The translations under genes and the position numbers were made by a program. A stretch of 61,690 nt of DNA, the filler included, from Globobulimina sp. (Eukaryota): assembly GCA_003354225.1 (NCBI GenBank). It is 22 parts of 22 records of this genome, joined end to end, with 100 filler letters (N's around TTAATTAATTAA, not from the genome) between each part and the next. Parts side by side here need not be neighbours in the genome. Positions count along the whole stretch, not along the records: positions 58,985 to 61,690 come from PIVH01005258.1; 21 more parts are not named here. One strand, given 5' to 3'. Of the stretch, positions 61,438 to 61,690 are shown in pieces (position 1 is the stretch's first letter; every line of letters begins with the position of its first letter). The notes below the pieces were generated by a model. The model saw nothing but the letters and a program-made list of their open reading frames with translations. It searched no databases and was not told the DNA's origin.

Positions 61438-61690
61438 ATGTCAAGTCTTAATAAAACGAAGTCATTCCAGCAACTAGATTCAGCAATGAATTGTTATTAT
61501 CTCTCAGTTGGACGCAACGATTATTATGACAGTAATAAACATGGTAAATTATCGACATATTGCAAATCAAATGGAATTATTTTCGATGATATATGCAACG
61601 AATTAGAGTATGATGCATTGGACTGTTTATTAGTTGATTTCGATACAACATTTCCATTTCATTCAACACATTTGATACAAAGTAAAAACG
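61438..61690 (+). CDS. 5' end of a hypothetical protein
   Basis: Open frame from ATG to the window end: ...YYLSVGRNDYYDSNKHGKLSTYC...CLLVDFDTTFPF. Confidence 0.5.
   Translation, partial: MSSLNKTKSFQQLDSAMNCYYLSVGRNDYYDSNKHGKLSTYCKSNGIIFDDICNELEYDALDCLLVDFDTTFPFHSTHLIQSKN

Noticed and set aside
1-61690. Uniform ~2.7-kb pieces as nanochromosomes, or gene neighbourhoods across spacers
   Set aside because: Lengths reflect size-sorting, genes are cut at the ends, there are no telomeric repeats and the contigs are unlinked.

Overview
This window is not one locus. It is 22 unrelated contigs of about 2.7 kb (2711 down to 2706 bp, sorted by length), joined by artificial 100-nt spacers (N44-TTAATTAATTAA-N44). 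Twenty-one contigs look like an AT-rich, gene-dense protist nuclear genome with short (about 50-70 nt) GT-AG introns; gene-family style suggests a foraminiferan or other rhizarian, which is an inference. Recognisable eukaryotic genes are BBS9, a Rac/Rho GTPase, ODA1/CCDC114, the MLH1 C-terminus, an ABCG transporter, an RCC1-repeat protein, a PPR protein, CRAL-TRIO, a histidine phosphatase, FAM210-like, a beta-helix glycosidase, a STE20/Hippo-like kinase, a degenerate myosin and an RNase H-bearing LINE. One contig (30911-33619) is bacterial. It carries a tyrosine recombinase plus an IS91-type HUH transposase bounded on both sides by attC-like hairpins, and so looks like a self-mobilising integron-cassette-like element. 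Other highlights are a 2588-bp contig that closes on itself and carries one intronless MATH-MATH-coiled-coil-SET gene plus a 151-bp palindrome, a tRNA-Cys-like gene split by a structured 153-nt insert, and a candidate SYCP2-like meiotic axis protein. All homology calls come from motif recognition by eye; no searches were run.
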